DNA of 64,000 nt from Heterodontus francisci (lineage: Eukaryota): the NCBI RefSeq assembly GCF_036365525.1, contig NC_090410.1, positions 20,804,182 to 20,868,181 of the forward strand, written 5' to 3'. A model generated the notes under the pieces. It had not been told where the DNA came from. It ran no database searches and saw only the letters and a program-made list of their open reading frames with translations. The translations under genes were made by a program, and so were the position numbers. Below, one piece after another: positions 58,261-64,000 of the stretch. Numbering within the stretch: position 1 is the first letter of the stretch; each line of letters starts with the position of its first letter.

Positions 58261-58924
58261 TTGAAGTGTCTGTCTGCGCATGGACATCGATTGAAAACAG
58301 TGTTGAGTTTGAATGTGAAGATCCCATGACCAAATAGTCACCTGACACTCATTGTTAAGCCTTACACATGAAGATAGTAACCTGGAATGGGTGCAAGAGG
58401 GCAGCCAACATCCAGGAAACTGCATGGCCTACCATCATATTCCTATCCCCGACCTGGATTTTCTCCCCTCCCGCTTCAGTGGGTAAGTTGGGCGGGCAGT
58501 CCTTCACCACCTTGCTGCCTGTAAACGATAGCAGCGAGGTTGGATCTGGAAATGTGCCTGCTGCTACCAACTTCCAGGAATTATCAGTATGGTGATGGCA
58601 ACAGACCCAGGGCCGCAGCTGCCTGCTAGTTCATTGGCTGGAGGGAGAGGGTCTGGCTTGGAAAATAACTGCTTTTTAAAAACTATATTGGAATACACAA
58701 ATACTTTGAGCACAAATAGTGAATAAACAAACTCTGACTCTTGAAACCATCAGCTCATCTTAAAACATTTCTGCCTCAAATCTGTGTCCAATTAAATGGT
58801 GGAGAAAGTACAATCTAATTGATTGAGTCCAGCCGCCTTCAGTGCTGCCTTTTAACTGATCTGAGTGGTTTATAAGAAGATGATTTGTCAGGTTAAAAAA
58901 ATTGTACGTTGGCAAAATGGATGT

Positions 58925-59460
58925 TAGTACATTAGCTTTTGTTACAAAGGGATTAGAGTATAACAGTAAAGAAGTCTTACTACAATTGTACAGAGCATTG
59001 GTGAGGCCACACCTGCAGTACTGTGTGCAGTTTTGGTCTCTTTACAGGTGAGGAGAGATTGGGTAGAATATATTTCCTGGAGTTTAGAAGAATAAGAGGT
59101 GATCTCATTGCAACATGTAAAATTCTTAAGGGGCTTGACAGGGTAGCTGCTGTGAAGAACATGGGGTCACCGTCTCAGAATAAGGGGACCCGGGCATTTA
59201 GGACTGAGATGTGGAGAAATTTCTTCACTCAAAGGATTACGAATCTTTGGATTTCTCTTCCCCCAGAGAACTATGGATTTTCAGCTGTTGAGTGTATTTC
59301 TAACAGAGGTCGATGAAGTTTTGAGTATGAAGGGAATTTAGGGGTTTGGGGATAGTACTGGAAGATGGAATTGAGGTAGAAGACCAGCCATGATTTTATT
59401 GAATGGCGGAGAAGGCTCGAAGGGCCTGTTGGTCCACTCCAGCACCTATTTCTTATGCTC
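58925..59460 (+). mobile_element. Degraded CR1 3' fragment just upstream of the TMEM87 promoter
   Basis: RRIRGDLI and FFTQRITNLW motifs. Confidence 0.75.
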
Positions 59461-59689
59461 TTGTGGATAAAGCAGTAGCCCTGGCCAAAGTGACCATCTA
59501 GTCCAGATTGGACTTGGTCAGTGGAGGGTTCACTCTCTTCCAATGGTCATATCCTCGCTTGAGTTGTCCTGGAGATGGAGCACTCGGTATCTGCTGGTAC
59601 TTGAGGTCTTCCGTGAGCAGATAACAGTAATAATACCGTTATTTAAGCTTTTTTTTAAAGAGGTGTCCTTTTTGTTCGGTTTCGGACAC

Positions 59690-60270
59690 TGGAGCAGCCA
59701 GCAGCAGGCGCTGCAACCTTCCCTGCAAAAGATGGGCGGAGTTTCACCGCAATGATTGACACCTTACGCGATGACATCACTGAAAGTTGCACCTGCGTAG
59801 TGCCGTCTCGGAAAGTGCGGGCTATGCGCGGCGATGTCACAAACCGCCGCGTACTAACGTCACAGAACGGGAGACAGGTCACTTCCGGTCAATGTGTAAA
59901 CAAGATGGCGGCGGGGAGGCGGCGCTGCTTGAGTCCGCTCGGCCCCTACTCACTATTCTTGTTGTTCATGACTCTGGCCTTTGGGCCCGAGCTGACCCAT
60001 GGCGTCTCGGAGGCCGGCAAATGGAGGCTGAGTATCGGTGGGGTAAGTGGGCGTGTTGCGGTGTGGACTGGAGCTGGGGGCCTGGCCGCAGCTGCAGGGT
60101 CCTCGGCCGCTGACACCGGAACTGGCCGCCCTGGGGCCTCAGCTGACCCGGTACGATGCTGCTGTCATGTCCCAGCAAGTGAGAATGGAGAAGTCACCTA
60201 GCGGGACGGTTGTTGTAACCTCCGCGAGCGGACTGGGTCTGAGCGACCCTGCCCTCTGGGGTTGGGGTGG
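59690..60270 (+). promoter_or_regulatory. CpG island / housekeeping promoter of the TMEM87-like gene
   Basis: High CpG density; ETS motif CACTTCCGGT at 59880-59889; YY1 motif CAAGATGGCGGC over the start codon (59901-59912); CRE/ATF-like TGACATCA at 59772-59779 and ACGTCA near 59857. Confidence 0.8.
59905..60042 (+). CDS. TMEM87A: First coding exon (signal peptide) of a TMEM87-family gene (GOLD-domain seven-TM protein); A vs B paralogue uncertain; remaining exons not found in window
   Basis: ATG in caagATGGCGGC; MAAGRRRCLSPLGPYSLFLLFMTLAFGPELTHGVSEAGKWRLSIGG then GGG|gtaagt (phase 0). A hydrophobic signal peptide followed by VSEAGKW resembles the end of TMEM87A/B exon 1 (e.g. TMEM87B AVPELGLW), as recalled rather than searched. 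Confidence 0.65.
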
Positions 60271-60529
60271 GTCCCAGACAGGGAGCCAGCTCTGTCAGCT
60301 GTCATAGAGAAGACAACTTGACCCTGTTCGTACACAAGCACCATCACCATTATATTGGACCGAGCAACCTAACTCCTCCACCCCCCCGCGCCCCGACTTG
60401 TCTCAGTTCCTTTCTTTACCTTGATTCATTTCTACAGAGTAGCAAACTCTGACATTTCTCACTCCAAGCCACGCAGCCCGTGAGTTCACGATAATGGAAT
60501 GACTTCACACACAAATTTCAAGTAAGGGA

Positions 60530-60850
60530 CGTTCAAGAGGCCAGAATTCGAAGAGCACAGATATTTCAGAGGGTTGTGGGGCTGGAGGAGATTAGAGATA
60601 GCGAGGGGTGAGGCCCTGGAGGGATTTGTAAACAACGAGAGCTTTAAAATCAAGGCATTGCTTGACCAGGAGTCAGTGTAGGTCAGCGAGTACAGAGATG
60701 ATAGGGGAATGGGATTTGGTGCGAGTTAGGACAGGGGCAGTAGAGTTTCGGATGACCATGTTTATGAAGGGTGAAATGTGGGAGGTTAGTCAGGTGTGCG
60801 TTGGAATAGTCAACTTTAGAGGTAACAAAGGCGTGAATGAGGATTTCATG
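60530..60850 (-). mobile_element. L2-like fragment in the first TMEM87 intron
   Basis: Similar to 38650-38950. Confidence 0.7.
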
Positions 60851-61954
60851 TCTACCTAAGCAGCAGATGAAAGAAGGAAGGTCTAACTATCAAGCATCTG
60901 CAGCCTTCCAATTCAGAAACAACTATACCAACTGAGCCAAACTAAGGAAGATAGGAACAGGACTGAGCCACTCAGCCCTTAAGCCTGTTTTGCCGTTCAG
61001 TTAGATCATAGCTAAGTATTATAGGGAATATGTATTATGGGGATAGTGTGGGAAAAAGGCATTGAAGTGAATGATCAGCCATTATCATATTGAATGGTGG
61101 GGCAGACTCGATGGGCTGAATGGCCTACTCTTGCTCCTATGTTCCTATGGGCCAGTTATATCTCAATTTCAGACTAGTATTTGTGGAGTTCAATTTGGAA
61201 ATATTCAAATAGCATGACATGATGTATTCACATTTAGAGCTCTGTTCAGCAGAAGGTTAAATTCGAAAGGATGGGACTACTGAAAGCATTAAAATCATTC
61301 CACTATGAAAAGGTCCTTCAAACTCCAAAGAATGCCAAGGAAACTTTTAAACTTAGCATTGCACAAGGCTGCATTATAGGAGATATTCCAGAATGCCTCC
61401 AACAGATGACAGTTCTGATCTGAATCCCTCGTACATTATGTATCCACAGACTCTTGAAGGTGTGGACTGTCAGTCACATTGCCACTAGTTAGATCACTTT
61501 GCAGTGATGCAGAAATTATATAACTGGATCATTAGTGGCAATTAGACTTATATCAAATTCATGTTTAAATTGTGTGTTCACTGTCCATTTGTGGAAGTTA
61601 TGGCGAGCAGGAGGGCACAGTATCCTTTGACTTCAGTCAGATTGTGACACATAGTGTTTGAGGATTCCTGGTGTGAGTTGCTGTGGAACACAAGTAATGA
61701 TTGGACAAGGCATTCCATTCACTTTTTCTCAATAAAGATGAGTAAGAATGGGCAATGGGAGATGATGCAGTAAACTTATTCTTAATACATTTGATGTACA
61801 GAAACAGGCCATTCAGACTGATCAGTTTGTCAGCGTTTGAACTCCACGAGCCAGTGCTGAGGTGGAGTACATGGTGAGATGGGAGATCTAGCTTTAGTTG
61901 TGCAATGATTAGCCACTCCAGCACAATGAACTATTATGCTCAAGATCTGGCCAC

Positions 61955-63320
61955 AGTAATCCAGAAAATTACAGGCCAGTCAGTCTAACATCAGTAGTGG
62001 GCAAATTATTGGAATCTATTCTGAGAGACAGGATAAACTGACACTTAAAAAAGGCACAGTTTAATCAAGGATAGTCAGCATGGATTTGTTAAGGGAAGAT
62101 CTTGTTTGACCAACTTGATTGAATTTTTTGAGGAAGTAACAAGGGAGATAGATGAGGGTAGTGCAGTTGATGTCTGCATGGGTTTTAGCAAGGCTTTTGA
62201 CAAGGTCCCACTTGGCAGGCTGGTTAAAAAAAATAAAATCATATCGGATCCAAGTTGGATACAAAAGTGGCTCATTGGCAGGAAACAAAGGGTAATTGTT
62301 GATGGATGTTTTTGTGACTGGAGGGCTGTTTCCAGTGGCGTTCCGCAGGGCTCAGTACTGGGTCCCCAGCTATTTGTGGTATATATTGATGATTTGGACG
62401 TAAATGTAGGGGACATAATAAAGAAGTTTGCAGACGACAAAGATTGGCCATGTGGAAGATAGCGAGGAGGATAGCTGTAGGCTGCAGGAGGATATTTGTG
62501 GTCTGGTCAGATGGGCAGAAAAGTGGCAAATGGAATTCAACCTGGAGAAGTGTGAGGCGATGCATTTGGGGAGGTCAAACAAAGCAAAGGAATACACAAT
62601 TAATTGGAAAATACTGACAAGTGTAGAGGAAGTGAGGGATCTTGGAGTGAATGTCCACAGATCCCTGAAGGTAGCAGGACAGGTCGCTAAGGTGGCTAAG
62701 AGGGCATATGGAATCCTTTCCTTTATTAGCCGAGGTATGGAACATAAGAGCAGGGAGGTTATGCTGGAACTGTATAACTCATTGGTTAAGCCACAACTTG
62801 AGTAATGTGTGCAGTTCTGGTCATGTCATTACAGATAGGATGTAATTACAGTTGAGAGGGTACAGAGGAAATTTACGAGGATGTTGCCAGGACTAGAAAA
62901 ATGCAGCTCTGAGGAAGGATTGGTTAGCTGGGGTTGTTCTCCTTGGGACAGAGAAGGTTGAGGGGAAATCTGATTGAAATGTACAAAATTTTGAGGGGCC
63001 TGGATATGTTAGCAGAGGTGCCAGTAACTAGGGGGCATAGATTTAAAGTGATTGGTAGAAAAGTTAGGGAGGAGATGAGGAAATCTTTTTTCACCCAGAG
63101 GGTGGTGGGGGTCTGGAACTCACTGCTGGAAAGGGCAGTTGAGGCAGAGACCCTCAACTTGTTCAAAAGGAATCTAGATATGCACCTCAAGTGCCTTAAG
63201 CTGCAGGGCTGCGCACCAAATGTTGGAAGGTGGGGTTAAAATGGGTGGATTGTTTTTCGGCCGGCACAGACACAATGGGCTGAATGGCCTCTTTCTGTGC
63301 CTAAACTTTCTATGATTCTA
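61955..63320 (+). mobile_element. CR1 RT-to-3' fragment in the first TMEM87 intron
   Basis: [17 protein letters not shown] and KFADD motifs (ORF 62106..62462); ctatgattcta tail. Confidence 0.9.
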
Positions 63321-64000
63321 TAATACACATATGGATTCATACTGACAGGTGTACAATGACTTCTGCATTCTTAAGTCGCTAACTGAAATTTATGGCAAAT
63401 TACATATAAAGTGTGTTTTAGGCCTTGTGATTTTCAGTTGGATTACAGCACAATATTGCCTGACTCTGTGCATCATCGCTGGTGCTGCATGTGAGTCCTT
63501 ATCAAAAATCGGAGGTTTTACTTAATCTTTTCCTTCCCATTGTTCATTATTGGAAAGGTTTCTATCTCCTTGTGCATCTATATAGTACAGTTTGACTTGC
63601 ATTTGACTGTACATTCCTGTGTCAATGCACCAGCCGAAAACAATTATCGGTACTTACTGTGATAATTGCAAATGTAATCATTGCCTTTTGTAAAAATGTT
63701 GGTTTTCTCCCCTCCCTCCTTAAGCAATGCTCCCACTAAGCTGCTCAGGCACACAGCAGCCTAGAAGGTAACGCACCGAGGTTTTGTTCCAGGATAAATG
63801 CCACACAAAAAAATTTAAAGGGGCCATGCACTGAAAAATCTTTCCAGGCACTAAATTTTAAAGGGAACATTGTCCATAAAGCGTTGACTTCCCACTGGGA
63901 TGTAGTTTCATGGGCACTGGCTGCTTTTGGGGAACTTGCATAAGTGATCATTCTGCTCCTGTGAGTCAAGATGATGTGTTGGTGGAGGAGGAGCAAATTC

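Noticed and set aside
59752-60201. 149-aa ORF as the full product
   Set aside because: Only 59905-60042 fits an exon (strong ATG context and gtaagt donor); the flanks are CpG-island promoter and intron.

Overview
Eukaryotic, repeat-dense vertebrate DNA, almost certainly from a shark (inferred from HE1/V-SINE, SacSINE1-type DeuSINE and HER1/CR1-type LINE content). It holds two divergently oriented genes. The first is a complete calpain small (regulatory) subunit gene (CAPNS1-like) on the minus strand. It has 10 coding exons from 29525 to 1005, splicing in phase to a 224-aa penta-EF-hand protein, plus a probable non-coding first exon, a 19-nt micro-exon and one U12-type (minor spliceosome) intron. 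The second is the CpG-island promoter and first, signal-peptide exon of a TMEM87-family gene on the plus strand (59905-60042). Most other sequence is transposon-derived: CR1, L2-like and RTE LINEs (one near full-length CR1 with an esterase ORF1), three SINE families, three or four solo LTRs, a hAT element, Harbinger-like MITEs and short Penelope-derived palindromes carrying minimal hammerhead-ribozyme motifs. Many are nested with readable target-site duplications (TSDs). There is no CRISPR array or prokaryotic system. The best candidates for something under-described are the hammerhead-bearing palindromic mini-elements and the CAPNS-TMEM87 linkage. Repeat family names come from recognition, not database searches, and repeat boundaries without a TSD are approximate.
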